Origin: Basidiobolus meristosporus CBS 931.73
Taxonomy: Eukaryota; Fungi; Basidiobolomycota
Direction: 5' to 3'
Length of the DNA stretch: 64,000 bases
Assembly (NCBI GenBank): GCA_002104905.1
Contig: MCFE01000231.1
Span: forward strand, 57,424 to 121,423
The notes beneath the pieces were generated by a model. That model saw nothing but the letters and a program-made list of their open reading frames with translations, did not search any database and was not told the DNA's origin. Shown here in pieces: positions 11,489-24,307 of this stretch (position 1 is the first letter of the stretch; each line of letters begins with the position of its first letter). A program made the translations under genes and the position numbers.

Positions 11489-13832
11489 ATGCTTGGTTAT
11501 CGTCAGCTCTTGCATAAAGGCTTTTGGTCTCGCGCGCCAGTCGCCTTGGCCTCCAAACAGCACCACTCTTATTCTTTGAAGGGTTCCGCTTTTCATTTCA
11601 CCACTCTAGCCGCGACTGCGACGGAGGAAGAGAAGAAGCCCTACTATATAACCACTCCTATTTACTACGTGAATGCTGGTAAGTTTGACGCACTCCTTGG
11701 CCTGGTGGTGCCCAAGTATTGTCCCTAACTTGTCGCCTCGAAGTTCCTCATTTGGGTCACCTCTATACGAGTGTGTTGGCTGATACTATCAAGCGTTATC
11801 AAGAAGTAAAGGGAAACAAGGTCGTCCTGTGCACCGGAACAGACGAGCATGGTCTTAAGGTAAGCTAAGTCTGAATTCCGGAAAATTGAAGTGTTGAGCT
11901 AAATCTTGCCAAGATTCAACAAGCCGCTGCCAAGGACGGCTTGCCACCACAAGAATTTTGTGACAAGGTCTCGGTGAAGTTCAAGGTTTGTTTCTTGCTA
12001 CTATTAAGTTTGCCGCTGTCAAGGATATTCACCAACCAATCATTTTCAACGCTTGACAGGAACTATGCGATGTCTCCAACGTTCAGTACACCGATTTCAT
12101 ACGTACGACCGAGAAACGTCATAAGCTAGCCGTCGCTGAGATCTGGGTACGTATGATCAAGCACGTGTACCGCTTGGAATCATCTCGTAATAATGTTTTG
12201 TTGGGTCTAGAAAACCCTAATGGACAAGGGATTTATTTACAAAGGAAGTCACGAAGGGTGGTATTCAATCTCGGACGAAGCTTTCTATCCCGCTACCCAA
12301 GTCACCGAGAGCGTTGATCCAAAGACTGGCGAAAGTTTTATGGTGGCGTAGTTGCAGTGACCTGTTAATTAAGGTGATCCATGGTTAACCGTGTCGTAGG
12401 TAGCCGCTGAATCAGGGTCCCGTGTGGAATGGACAACTGAGGAGAACTACAAGTTCAAGCTTCCATTGCTACGTGACAAACTTCTGGCGTGGCTGAAAGA
12501 GAATCCAGAGGGTAAATATGGATCCTCGAGCAAAATCCCGCTCATGAAGCTTACGTATTTTCAGTCATTTACCCTAGTTCTCGCCACAACGAGGTTGTTA
12601 CTTGGCTGGAGAATGGTGTGAGTGATCTATCGGTGTCTCGCCCGCGCTCACGCTTAGACTGGGGAATATCTGTGCCTAATGATCCCGAGCACACCATCTA
12701 TGTTTGGCTAGATGCACTCACAAATTATCTAACTGTCACCGGATACCCCTGGACAGGTGATCAAATACCTACGCAAATGAAGCAAGGCGGATACCCTGCT
12801 GATGTCCATATCATCGGAAAAGATATTCTTCGGTAAGCTTCTCACCAACACCGCATTCCGAGTTCCCTTGCTTAGCGCCTTCAACTCCACAGATTCCATG
12901 CCATTTACTGGCCAGCCTTCTTAATGGCGGCCGAGCTTCCGCTACCAAAACGCATCCTATCCCACGCCCATTGGACGATGGGGAAGCAGAAGATGTCCAA
13001 GAGCAGAGGAAATGTGGTCGATCCTACTGAACTGATCCAAAGAGTTGGCCTTGATCCCGTACGCTACTTCTTAATGAGAGACGGTGGAATCACCAACGAT
13101 GGAGGTAATGTCATCCGATATATGCACCCTCCAGATGCATCGGCTGATGCCTTGACTTTAATAGATTACACGGATGAAAACATCATGACCAGGTACAAAA
13201 AAGATTTAGCTGGTCAGCTCGGAAACTTGATGGCGAGAAGCACCTCCAAGACATTGAATATCACCGAAACCATTCCCTCCGTGCAGATTCCCCAGTCGCT
13301 TGAAGAGGTTGATCCTAGAGACCAAGCATTGCACAAAGCATTGATGGAGCTGCCAGGTAGGTTGCACTGGTCTTCTGCGCGAGCTCCCTATTCAGCGTCT
13401 AACTTCATCGTCAGCCCTGTATGAACAAAACCTTGATACATTTGAAACTGGCAGAGGCTTGTCTGCCGTGTTTGAGATGATTGCTGAGGTAAGAGCGTGC
13501 TTGGCGCTGGAGTATCCGAGGGATTCGCTAACATTTTCCGCTCGATGAAATCCTAGGCTAACAAGCATTTTGGCGACAATGCACCCTGGAATCTGGTGAA
13601 GCAGCCATCGGAGAGCGCTCGCCTGCAGACAGTGCTCCGCTACTCATACGAGGCTTTACGTACCGCCGGTATCTTGTTGCAGCCCGTGATGCCAGAAAAG
13701 TCGCAGATCCTGCTGAACAAACTTGCAGTGCCACCCTCCGAGCGTAGCTTCAAGCACTCTTCTCTTGGGATGGGCTGGAAGACCTCAGTTCCCTTGGGAC
13801 CCGATTGTGGCGTGCTTTTCCCCAGATTATAA
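11489..13832 (+). CDS. MSM1: Mitochondrial methionyl-tRNA synthetase, multi-exon
   Basis: Presequence-like N-terminus, then YYITTPIYYVNA|.PHLGH (HIGH), TGTDEHGLK, SVSRPRSRLDWGI, IYVWLDALTNY, HIIGKDILR|FHAIYWPAFLM and KMSKS. Confidence 0.95.
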
Positions 13833-16261
13833 ACATAGCATCGTGGCATTCTTTCAAACATAAAATCATATACTTCAGTAAAGTCATATATCCAAGGTGA
13901 CCCACACGTTCACATCTAGTCAATCTTTCGGAAGTATGCCAAACCATGAGGAGACCATCGAATGTCGATCAGCATGCGATGCTTGATTACCGTCTGGTAG
14001 GATATATATGGGTCAAGGTGATTCAATGTGGATAGACTCGACTGCGGCCTTTGTATGTTGAATGCTCGCAGAGTCATGGCTGGCGACCTTATTAAGGAGC
14101 TATAGTCATGGTCCAGTCAGGATCTCGGCCTAGTTGGCAGCAGATTAATTCAAACGTAGCTGATATCAAGGCGAAATATACAGTGACAAGGTTTTCTGAC
14201 GTAGGAGAATCATCTTTATGGTGCATTGATGGTTGGGAGAATGTCACTAGTTCGAATACAACCAGCGCCAAATGCATTGCGTCCCATGCAGGTGCTGAGC
14301 TAGCAACCTAAATTCTGATCAAGACGCACGAAGCATCACCTAGATAGCGCAGCTTGTTACGCCCGTAATTAGCAAGAGCTGTTCATATCAGAAGAATGGA
14401 ATCTTATCTCCATTTGTGAGATGTCTGAAAGGCATTCATGTTTGAGGTGAATCCGGATTCTATATACAATGTATTAGATCATCCCAACTCAGCAGGCTCC
14501 CTCCACAATGGCTACCCCGAGATCCATTGGGTAGGCTGGTATTCAGTTTGCATTTTCCGTACTACACAGTGTAGCACAGCTCTTTATATATGGACACCAG
14601 TTGTATAAATTGCAATCCCAAAGTGTATTACGTAATCAGTATCTCAGCCAAGTACGTTTCTTAGTGTTGCATCCCACTTGCGTCGAACCACCAGTTTCCC
14701 TGACTCATGAGACTGCTGTAGCTTCCCAACCTTCTCACAGATCATGGTGAGTATGTATGTCAAGCCCTGCTCGGTGTCTCAAATGGCTGGCTGGCACCAG
14801 AGGGTTGCCGTATCCATCACCTAGCAATGCTGTAGGATCGCCACTGCGTATACGGCCACTGCCTAGAAAAGCAACACCTATTGAACGGGAGCCTGTCTAT
14901 GAGCGCAAGAGTGAGCTGAATGAAGCTCACAGTTTCACCTAGACCTATAGAGCGGGTTTGATGTGCGGCAATTATTTGACCAGTGAGGAATCTCAGTTCC
15001 CATAAGTGGTAATAGCTCGTCTGTTGCTCTTGAATGACTATGATATATCACATCATCAGGAATTGTCTCTAATAAGCACCGTGGTGCTAGGCGAAGCAGC
15101 ACTCCAACATGAAACAGCCTCAGCGCGTCACCCTGTGGGGCAAGATGATCTCATATCGTTCGCACAATCATTCACAGAAGGGTGGGGAATGCTGATTTCC
15201 TTGGGCTGATTATCAGCAATACGGGGTAGGCCTCGAAGGCAGAGTACCCACAAACACGTAAAATCTCGGTAACAGCGAGATTGGCCTACCATGGAACCGA
15301 ACTGCAGTGCCAGTCCGACCCCTTTCGCGTTGTAATCATGGGGCCAGCCGTCAAACCGACAGGAATGAAACAGGCAGGATGACCATAAACTGGCTTAATA
15401 TTGATTTTCCATATTGGTCACAAACAGGCCATTTCCCACTTGTGAATGCTCGAATGGAGTATCTCGGTCTCAGGCTGCAAACATCCAGCGATTCCATCCA
15501 GTTCCCTTAGAAAGCAAGGATACAAACGTGGTGACGACAATGAGTAGGAATGCTCCAATGCGTTTCGGTGTGCGGAAAACTCCGCGGACCAAGTGCCCCC
15601 TCGTTAATTTGAGTGCATTCCTTTTTCGTGCTGACCGAGTGATACAATGATTTAGTAGCGTGAATTCTTTTTCTATAGGAAGGTTCACAATGGTACTTCG
15701 TATTAACATAATCGGATGCTTACTATTTAGGGGTTGGTGGCCTCTTTAGTAACCCGAGCCCATCTTGGAGAGATTCGTGGTGTCTCATTGAATACACGTT
15801 CTTTTTGCTTCCGGTAGCGAGAGGGATTGGGAATCGTGTTCTTGACCAAAATTGATGTTACGTCAAACACTTCTTCGAGACACTGGTGTACTCGTTGGTT
15901 GGTTGGAGCCCTTATGAAACAGGTTATTTGACAGCTATCAGCAAATCCAGCCTGGACACTCTCAATCCCTTCCACTCTATACAATACCTACCGATGTAAT
16001 CAGTCAGACGCTATGTTTGCCACCGCAGTCATACTGAACCTAATTAAGTACAACTCTAAGATCAAGCCAAGTAACCATCGATTTGAGGCAAACCTGACTT
16101 CGATGAAAGTTTAAAAAGACCGCCTTCCATGGTATTGATGCAAATAGGAGATCTCTATTGCCCTGTCTATAGAGAAGTCTGTCTGCGAACCCATCGAGGT
16201 ATTCTGTATTTTTCGGGATAGAGTCGATAGATAGCGGTCAGTTAGTTAAGTGTTCCTTGGT

Positions 16262-17320
16262 ATGTTACCTTCACCCTCTCTTCGGTTACAGATAGACTTA
16301 TACGCTGATAGAATGGAATCCCTACCCAGAATTTCAGACCAGACTATACTAACCCCAGAAGCACCCAGCAGTGTGAAAAAAAGCTCATATCTTGAGCAGA
16401 CCACTAACGCGGGAACACCGCCGACTACCATCGCTGGCCCGATAACCCCAAATGTCTTTACAGACCCAATGAATCCCCCGCAATCACTCCCACAGGTACG
16501 CTCGCAAGAAATCTCACGCGGTTACATTAGGAATGGTGGCAAGCTCGCTAACCTTCTTCACCAGTCCACGCAGGACTCGGATTCGATGCCCATGAAGTCC
16601 AAGCCAAAACGACGAACCTGCTATCATTGTGGTGAGACAGGCCATACCACAATGAATTGTGCACAGGCCACGGTGAATCACAATCTGCCGAAACGATCGT
16701 CTGGCAAAAAGCTGACACCAGAGGAGATCCAGCTTGTCATTCACTGCTACTTTAAATGCGAGGAAGAACGGCTAATTCACAAAACCGCTATCAAAGCGGA
16801 TTCAATTCGGCGAACTGCGTTTTATTTAGGGATGAGCAAGAACACAGTGGCTCGTTTAGTCCGTGAATACGCACAGACTGGCAAGTTGCCTATCTCCAAA
16901 ATACAGTCCGAGGTAGGTAAGACCTCAACGGTCACGCCAACACCAAACCGTAAAAAATTGAAGTGGAGGGGAGTGAATTCGCAAAAATCTATCAGTACTG
17001 CAGAACCATCCACTTCTATGATGGATGGCTCCTTTCCGCAATCGCCCACCCTTTCACTCCCAGCAACCATGCTTCATTCTACTTCAGTCCCGATATCAAC
17101 CACGGTATCGCTGCCCCCAGTGTATACACTACCCGAGAGCCCACCCAACGCGAACGCGGCCCCATCCTTGATGGGGATTCATGAAATCCTGATTAATCCA
17201 AACACCAGTTTTTTCGAGTCGGATGCCACCCTTGCGAACATCATGAACCCAGTATCTGAGGAAGAGGACTCTCTGCTAGGCGCTCACATGTTTACCCCAG
17301 ACGTCAACCCAAGACCTTGA
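16262..17320 (+). CDS. Intronless protein with CCHC zinc knuckle, transposase-like HTH and S/T/P-rich tail
   Basis: 356-codon ORF with in-frame ATGs at 16262 and 16313. Motifs CYHCGETGHTTMNC and IRRTAFYLGMSKNTVARLVREY. No DDE domain follows. Confidence 0.7.
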   Translation: MLPSPSLRLQIDLYADRMESLPRISDQTILTPEAPSSVKKSSYLEQTTNAGTPPTTIAGPITPNVFTDPMNPPQSLPQVRSQEISRGYIRNGGKLANLLHQSTQDSDSMPMKSKPKRRTCYHCGETGHTTMNCAQATVNHNLPKRSSGKKLTPEEIQLVIHCYFKCEEERLIHKTAIKADSIRRTAFYLGMSKNTVARLVREYAQTGKLPISKIQSEVGKTSTVTPTPNRKKLKWRGVNSQKSISTAEPSTSMMDGSFPQSPTLSLPATMLHSTSVPISTTVSLPPVYTLPESPPNANAAPSLMGIHEILINPNTSFFESDATLANIMNPVSEEEDSLLGAHMFTPDVNPRP

Positions 17321-18292
17321 ACTACTGAGAGTAGCCATGCGCAGACTTTGAAAAATCACTAGCAATAGTAACGCTATTTTGCTCTGGTAGCCCCATTTGC
17401 ATACCTTCGGCATAATTCCATCATAGGACTAGTTTCGAACAGAATGGTGCACACTCCAAGCCAGCATGCCTTATGTCATTGATTTCGATTCCATTGATTT
17501 TGATGCCTGATTGCGAAGGCTGCCTGTCCAGGATCGCATCTGATCTAACATAGCCATTCCCTATTTGGGCTCGTACTTTAAAAGATTTATATTCCAAGTG
17601 GATTCAGATTGCCCTGTTTTAAGAATCATATTTATATACGTATTGCAGTTGCATATTGATACCAACATTAAATTTTGAGCCCACTATCAACCATCAGCTG
17701 TGCCTTCTGCTCCAAGGAAAGGAATGCGTACTTGCATTCCCATTGGTAGGTGTGGAAAGGCCCAGATCCATGCCAAATCTAGCCCCGGGAAGGCAACTTG
17801 GCAATCAGACTCGCACTCCCAAAAGATGTAACGCAAACCTGGCTGGGTATCCCCACTGGAATATCCATGAGACATGGCCACTTCACAGAGCACACAAGTA
17901 GTATGCTGGAATAGGCAATGTCGCTTACTCGCTGAATCGACTTATGCTATCAATCTTGAGATCTCCAGATAATAGCGTGCACCAATTATAGATCAGTGGA
18001 GAGAATGTTACACAGTGGGAACGTCACTGCCCGAGCTGCAGATGGGTAGCACAAACACGAAACGGGTGCTTGACGTGGTGCGCATGGAGAGACCAACATA
18101 TTTGAGGTCTTTCTGGTCTCACGTGACTGATCGTGAATCACCTGAGGCACCCCATGCCGGTCTTTCCAGTGGCAACCGATGGGTATTTGCAGCAGGCCGA
18201 CCTTTACGAGCCGTCTTGCTGGTGAAATCCGAGTTCGTGTTGTATAAAGCAGAAATGGACATCTCGTGACACGTCGTGGTCTAGACCAAACA

Positions 18293-18600
18293 TCAGTCTA
18301 GATCCCCATGACGTTGCACAAAGCGTTGGTACAAATTCCTCGTGTTTACCGGACACTTCCAACTGGCCAGCATCACCCTGCTCCAATGCTAACCCGATTT
18401 ATCAACATCACTCGTTAATGTCCGATGCCATTCGACCGGTAATCCGGTCCTTCATAAGCATACCTCCTTGCATAGGTTGCGCCATTCGGAACACAAATCA
18501 GACATTGTACTCAAGCTGATTGAGGCGCCTCCAACAGGCTCTGCCGCCTTGCATTCATCCAAGATGTTGGCCAGAGTCGCTTCCGAGAAATGAGGGTAGT
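18293..18600 (-). CDS. Possible terminal exons of an unassigned minus-strand gene
   Basis: ...LANILDECK...DLCSEWRNLCKE|GTATGC intron..TTAG|HWSRVMLASWKCPVNTRNLYQRFVQRHGDLD* joins in phase 0. I could not link it to upstream exons. Only loosely reminiscent of Elongin-A/F-box-like regions. Confidence 0.25.
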
Positions 18601-19152
18601 TCTGGACTCCCGATACTCACACGGAGCGGGCCGAGTCTCATGACATGGAGTAGATATAGTTGTAAGGGCTTCCATCTATAGCAACATGGGGTAGGCCGGA
18701 AACGAAACGGCTATATCTGCATCTCGATCGGCACATCAGGTTTGGCTGGGCCAGCAGCAGGTATACCATACAGTTGAATTGACTTGATCCCGTTGATAAC
18801 AGTAAAATGAATTATCTGGCATCTCCTGGTCGACTATCCAGATGCCTACAAAGGCTACCTTCATCGATAACTGTAATTCAATTCCGTTAACGCCGGAATC
18901 TTCGTTCTTCTATATTGCTGTCTATTAACTAGGATCCTCTTACTCTTGGCGTTACTGTGGTCAATCTTTACGGAGATTGTCCGTTGACGATCGGAGCCAC
19001 GGATCTATTTTTAGTCACTTGCTGTAGGTCACACTTTGGGTCAGGGGGATCAATTGGAGCTTGTGGCGGTTGTGATAGCTCTAACATGGCCGCTCTGGCG
19101 ATCATTTCCTTATCACCCGGCGGCTCCAAGCTGATGAGATTAGCTAGGAAAT

Positions 19153-19172
19153 CACACACACACACACACACA
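19153..19172. repeat. (CA)10 microsatellite
   Basis: Seen directly. Confidence 0.95.
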
Positions 19173-19441
19173 GGGCCTTGAATGACAACCCTCCCTCAAT
19201 CGCTGAGATATGTTGGCCGATAGTGCCGGCGTCGATTTTCTGCATGGCCGCATGTACGATCTGTATTTCGTTTAGGCGCCAGTTCAACTCGCGATAGGGA
19301 CAATGATGTAATGGGATGATCATCAAAATCTTGTTCATATGCACCGCAGCACCTCCACGGTTTTGATTTTTTTTCTCGCTAAACGGTTCGGAGCAGTCGC
19401 TTTAATTGCTTGTTGGGTTGCCTTACTGAACACCCGAGAAA

Positions 19442-20413
19442 ATGTCAAGAGAAAACACACCCCTTCTTCCAACCTCGCAACCAGAGGAAGATGAGAGACG
19501 CCAGGAGCTTATTGGGCTCGTTTGGATGGCCTTCACCTCGTTGGGCTTCAGTTTCAGCTCCTTGTTCGTGAAATTAAGCGGTGCCAGCTTCCCGCCTTTA
19601 GAAATCGTCTTTTCGCGCTCCATCGTCCAATTTCTTTTCGCCTTTTGTGGATGTTTGTATCAAGGTGTTCACCCTTTTGGTAAGCGTGAGTTGGTTTTCG
19701 GCCTCATCATCCGTGGCTTCGCTGGGGCCTTCGGGCTTGCCTTATTCTATGTGGCGGTTGCAAACTTGCCCTTAGCCGATGCCACCGTCTTGTTCTTCAT
19801 GGGCCCGATATTTACCGCCATCTTGGCACGCTTGGTATTAAAGGAATCCTTCGGGCCCTTTGATCAACTCGCTTCGTTCACCTCTTTGTTTGGAGTTGGG
19901 TTGATCGCCAAGCCAGAATTCATCTTCGGAGAAAATACTTCTCACGAGATCGACCCCCAGCAGCGCTTGATTGGTGTGGTTGCTGCCTTGCTCGGAGCAG
20001 TTATGTCGGCCATTGCTTATGTCACTGTTCGTAAGATGGGGAGAGGCGTTCCTCCTTTGGTTCACGTGGTGTACTTCGGCGCGGTCAGTACAGTATTTTC
20101 GCTCTTTGGCACCCTTACATTTGAGAAACCATCGATGCCAGTCAACTCTACCCAGTGGGTGTATCTTGCTATGGTTGGCTTAACCGCATTCGCTGGCCAG
20201 GTCATGTTGACCAAGGGACTTCAGCTCAGCCCAGCTGGTCCTGGTACGTTGATGCGCAACTTCGATGTCGTCTTTGCCTTTGTGTTTGGGATCTTGATAT
20301 TCCACGAGACACCCGACAGGTTCACCATCGGTGGAGCCATTCTAATTATTGGATCTACTGTTGCCATGGGACTTCACAAGTGGCGGCTGAGTGTTGCCAG
20401 CAGTCGAGGATAA
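19442..20413 (+). CDS. EamA/DMT-superfamily transporter (SLC35G-like), intronless
   Basis: 323 aa with two EamA-type halves: EIVFSRS, LPLADATVLFFMGPIFTAILARLVLKE, GVGLIAKP.FIFG, AYVTVRKMG, GQVMLTKGLQ, GILIFHETPD.FTIGGA. Confidence 0.92.
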   Translation: MSRENTPLLPTSQPEEDERRQELIGLVWMAFTSLGFSFSSLFVKLSGASFPPLEIVFSRSIVQFLFAFCGCLYQGVHPFGKRELVFGLIIRGFAGAFGLALFYVAVANLPLADATVLFFMGPIFTAILARLVLKESFGPFDQLASFTSLFGVGLIAKPEFIFGENTSHEIDPQQRLIGVVAALLGAVMSAIAYVTVRKMGRGVPPLVHVVYFGAVSTVFSLFGTLTFEKPSMPVNSTQWVYLAMVGLTAFAGQVMLTKGLQLSPAGPGTLMRNFDVVFAFVFGILIFHETPDRFTIGGAILIIGSTVAMGLHKWRLSVASSRG

Positions 20414-21221
20414 ATACCTGGCTCATAGAAAGTAACTTAAACGGGACTTGAGACTAGCTTCAAGTCTGGAAGACCAAGCAACCATCTCATGTCGTACATA
20501 TTCCTGAAACTATTAAACAGTCCGTTGAACACCCATTATATTCAATTCTCTTCACTGGATTAATGTTGCATAACAAACTCATTAATAAGGTCAACTCGTA
20601 GTTGGGGAGTGAAGATCGGATAAATACACGGATTTCCCCAATCATATGCACAAATTAGCTTCTAAGCAAATTTCCTGGGCGCCCCTACATATTTTATCGA
20701 CATTTCGACGAATGTAGAATGTCACACATTGATATGGCTTCCAAGCAGCAACACGAGAGAACCACTCTACACCCCTTCAATATCAAGCTTGGCCACCAAA
20801 ATAGATGCCTGTATGACGCAGAACTCACGATGCGATAGGATTTTCAAACGCCTCGCCCATCTTGTTTAGTTTCCAGGGAATTTCTGGTAGAATAGCTCGT
20901 GGGAAGAGGGCAATTGAGCATGTCTCAAGTCAAGGTAATGGGGCGAAATCCACTCATGTAGGCGGAAACTTGCCATATTCCACATCATCTACCATTAAAA
21001 TTTCTTAATTTGTGCCTCTAAGCCAACATTCTTCGTCTTCTTGGTTTTCGGATGATTTTTTATGATTTTTTTCGGTATATTGCGATGTACCTGATTTTTC
21101 ATAGGATTTTTATCCGGAAACTTGTCACATCTTTTCACACATTTTGGCTCGAGTGCTTCAGCCATAGGCACTTCCACCCATACCCACACCTACATTCATT
21201 CACGCCCACCCCATCCCACAT

Positions 21222-21250
21222 CCAAAACCAAAACCAAAACCAAAACCAAA
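21222..21250. repeat. (CCAAAA)4 plus partial unit, upstream of the PKA-R start
   Basis: Seen directly, in a C/A-rich stretch 5' of ATG 21336. Confidence 0.9.
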
Positions 21251-21335
21251 CCCACACCACATTACACCACTCCATCGCTTCACCGCACTCACCACACACC
21301 TCTACTCTTCTCCCACTCAGACCTCCCCACATATC

Positions 21336-23242
21336 ATGTCAGCGCCACAGGATAATGAATACATAGCCAAGCATCGGCTGAACGTCTTTTTTGAAGTGAG
21401 TCGGCTCTTTCTTTTTATCTTGTTCCTAGCTAGGTGAGGCTTCAGTGAATTGCTGGGGCTGCCTTCCACCGCGGAAATCCCTCCCATTTGCGTTACTGAA
21501 GAATCCCTCTCCTACATTGGGCTCTAGTAATACTCACTCGCAACCCGTTTTATTTCCTCCTCAGAAATTGAACACCACTTTATTGATATATAAACCTGAA
21601 AACCCACTGACTTTCCTGACCGATTGTTTTAATATTCTAAAAACCAAAGCTGAGTCGCAACCAGAAGTAGATTACGTGGTACTTTCCTTTTATTCCTCGG
21701 GGCGCCCAGCGACCCTGCCGCCTCAAACCTGTACTAAAGCGAAATTACCCTCCCCTCCCCTGCTTCTTTCTATAGGCTCATCTTCAAGACTACCTCAACA
21801 CTCTTGTACAGAAGAGCTCGGAGCAACCGGGTGTCGCCGGAGCCCCCCGCATTCCCACCACTGCAGGTAATCTTCGGGTTGTTTCTTATGTAATCTCAGT
21901 TGGTTCTTACAATGCCCCTGTGCACCTGGTATCTTAGCGGATGGAGAGGCTGGTAAACGTAAGCGAGTCGATAAGTAAACCCCATCTCACCTTTCCCCTT
22001 GTATTCGTCCCTACCTGAACTCACCTTCCTGTGCTTCCGTCTAGCGGGAAACCCATAGAGAGTGAGGAGGAGATCTCTTCAACCGAGGAGACAGACGACT
22101 TCAGCGAGCCCCCACAAAAGCTGTCCTCTCGTTTCCAGCGTACGCAGATGTCCATGAACGCCGTCTACGCTAATCGGGGTCGTCGCGGCTCTGTAAGTGC
22201 CGAGTCGATCAGACCGACGGAGCAAGAGTACCAAAGGGTAATCATCTCCAAGAGCGATGAGGCCAGAATGCGAATCGCTTCTGCCACCTCCTCAAATCTC
22301 TTGTTCAGAAACCTCGAGCCGGACCAGAAGCGCGAAGTGGTATGTGGCTATGTGTGGTGTCTAATGGGCCTGGCTTTTTGTGAGTAACCCTTCATTTCTC
22401 CCGTGGCCAGGTTGATGGGATGTTCGAGCGAAAAGTCACTCAAGGTGAAGTGGTGATACAGCAGGGAGATGAGGGAGACAATTTCTATGTGGTTGACCAA
22501 GGCCTCTTCGACGTGATCAAGAACGGAAGTAAAGTGATCCAAATAGGTGCTGGGGGAAGCTTTGGCGAGCTTGCGCTAATGTACAATGTAAGGGTTGCGC
22601 GAATGTCATTTCTCGGTAGAATTCATGCTCACATTTCATCAGACTCCTCGTGCAGCCTCCGTCCAGGCCGTAACCGACGGGACTCTCTGGGGAGTGGACC
22701 GAGCAACCTTCAGGAGAAGTATCACCAACAACACCTTCCGCAAGCGCAAGATGTACGAGTCGTTCCTGAAAACGGTGCCCATTCTGCGTACCCTCGAGAC
22801 ATCGGAGGTAGTCAAGATTGCTGACGCGTTGGAGCCCGCGGAATACGAGGATGGCGAGACGATCATCGAGCAGGGGACCGTTGGGAATTACTTTTACATC
22901 ATTGAGTCGGGAGAGGCGCATGTCACCCAAATCGACGACATGGAGAACGAGCACGAGCTTCCCGGTTTGAAGGCAGGGAATTATTTTGGCGGTGAGTGCT
23001 GGAGTACAGCTTTCCTCTGACCGTGGGCGTTGACTAATCATGTTGAGGTAGAGTTGGCGTTGTTGAACGATGCGCCTAGAGCAGCCACCATCACAGCCAA
23101 GGGCTCGCTCAAAGTTGCCGCTATGTCCAAGGATGGGTTTGTACGACTTTTAGGGCCTATCGTGGATATCCTCAAGCGAAATACTGCCCAGTACAAGACC
23201 ATCAATCGCCGGCTTTCACTTCCGTCTTCCTCGAGCATCTAG
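21336..23242 (+). CDS. pkaR: cAMP-dependent protein kinase regulatory subunit, multi-exon
   Basis: Inhibitor site [22 protein letters not shown]|TPRAASVQA and CNB-B FG|[17 protein letters not shown]-terminal docking-like exons at 21336-21395 and from 21565. Confidence 0.93.
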
Positions 23243-24307
23243 TCTGCATTGAAGCAGCGGCCTATCCATTCTTTCTATCGGCTAACCTTTCTCCCATCTC
23301 TTCACCAGCCACAAGGATTTTCAAAAGTACTAATGCCAATTTTTATTCAATCACCTGTTCACCTTGCTGTAATCCCCACCTACCATCAATGCGAAAGGTG
23401 GCTGTTCTCGTCGTTGAACGTCAAGGCCTCTCTCGGCGTTTAGTTGGTGCCTACCTTCCCCCACCCCACATATATACTCTCTTTAATCATTGCTATTGCC
23501 CTGGCTCAGCACACATCTGTTAGACCTGTGTTCGAGTTGAGCTCACCTATGCTTGTATATCTTTAGGTACATCTCAGTTCATCAATATCACTAGCTTTTA
23601 GTTCAACAACATGCAGGCGCGGCTCCAATTGACCGAAATCATGACGAGTCCGCTAAATCTAGCTTTCAAAGTACGAATAAACATTCTATTCGATCTGCGA
23701 GGTCCGGGTAAACCTAGAGGTGGGATTCCCAGGAGGGTTGTGGGGGAGCATTGCTTTATCATGGTTAAATACCAAAAATAGTACAATCAATAGGGAATGG
23801 TACAGCCATATATCTAGAGCGATGATGGGGGAGGGGAAGGACTAAACAGCCTTCTCCTGGAGAAAACCTGTTCTTGCGCAATATCACAAAAACCCTCTTC
23901 GTCTGTTAAGCTTCCATCCAAAGACGACTGTCAACCAGCACCATCTATGTCTTTCCTTCAGCAGCGGGCGTTCCCTCCTGGGCTGGGCTGGGTTGGGGTT
24001 GACTTATCTTGACCTGACCTGACCTCGAAAACTCTAACCCCTTCCTCGCCTCTTCTTTCACCGGCATAAATAGTTCGTGTCGAATCCCATCGAATTCAAA
24101 AAAGAGTCACAATAATCATAAGCTTCACGAAAGCTGAGGCACAAACAACTTTCCAAGAGCCTGCAGTAGGTTAGCTCGGATAGATTGGCCTGGAGTGTCA
24201 ACTGACCCATTTACCTGTTAAGCATGGTTGAACTACTATTTACCAGAATGGCTTCTCTTGAAGTTCAACGTCCAATGGGCCCCTGTCAACAACCGCAGTT
24301 GTCCCTT

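Noticed and set aside
13900-16200. Numerous 60-90 aa ORFs between MetRS and the CCHC-HTH gene; similar ORFs at 4521-5382, 25420-25671 and 28958-30226
   Set aside because: No recognisable motifs or coherent splice chain, and many rely on non-ATG starts. Small genes cannot be excluded.
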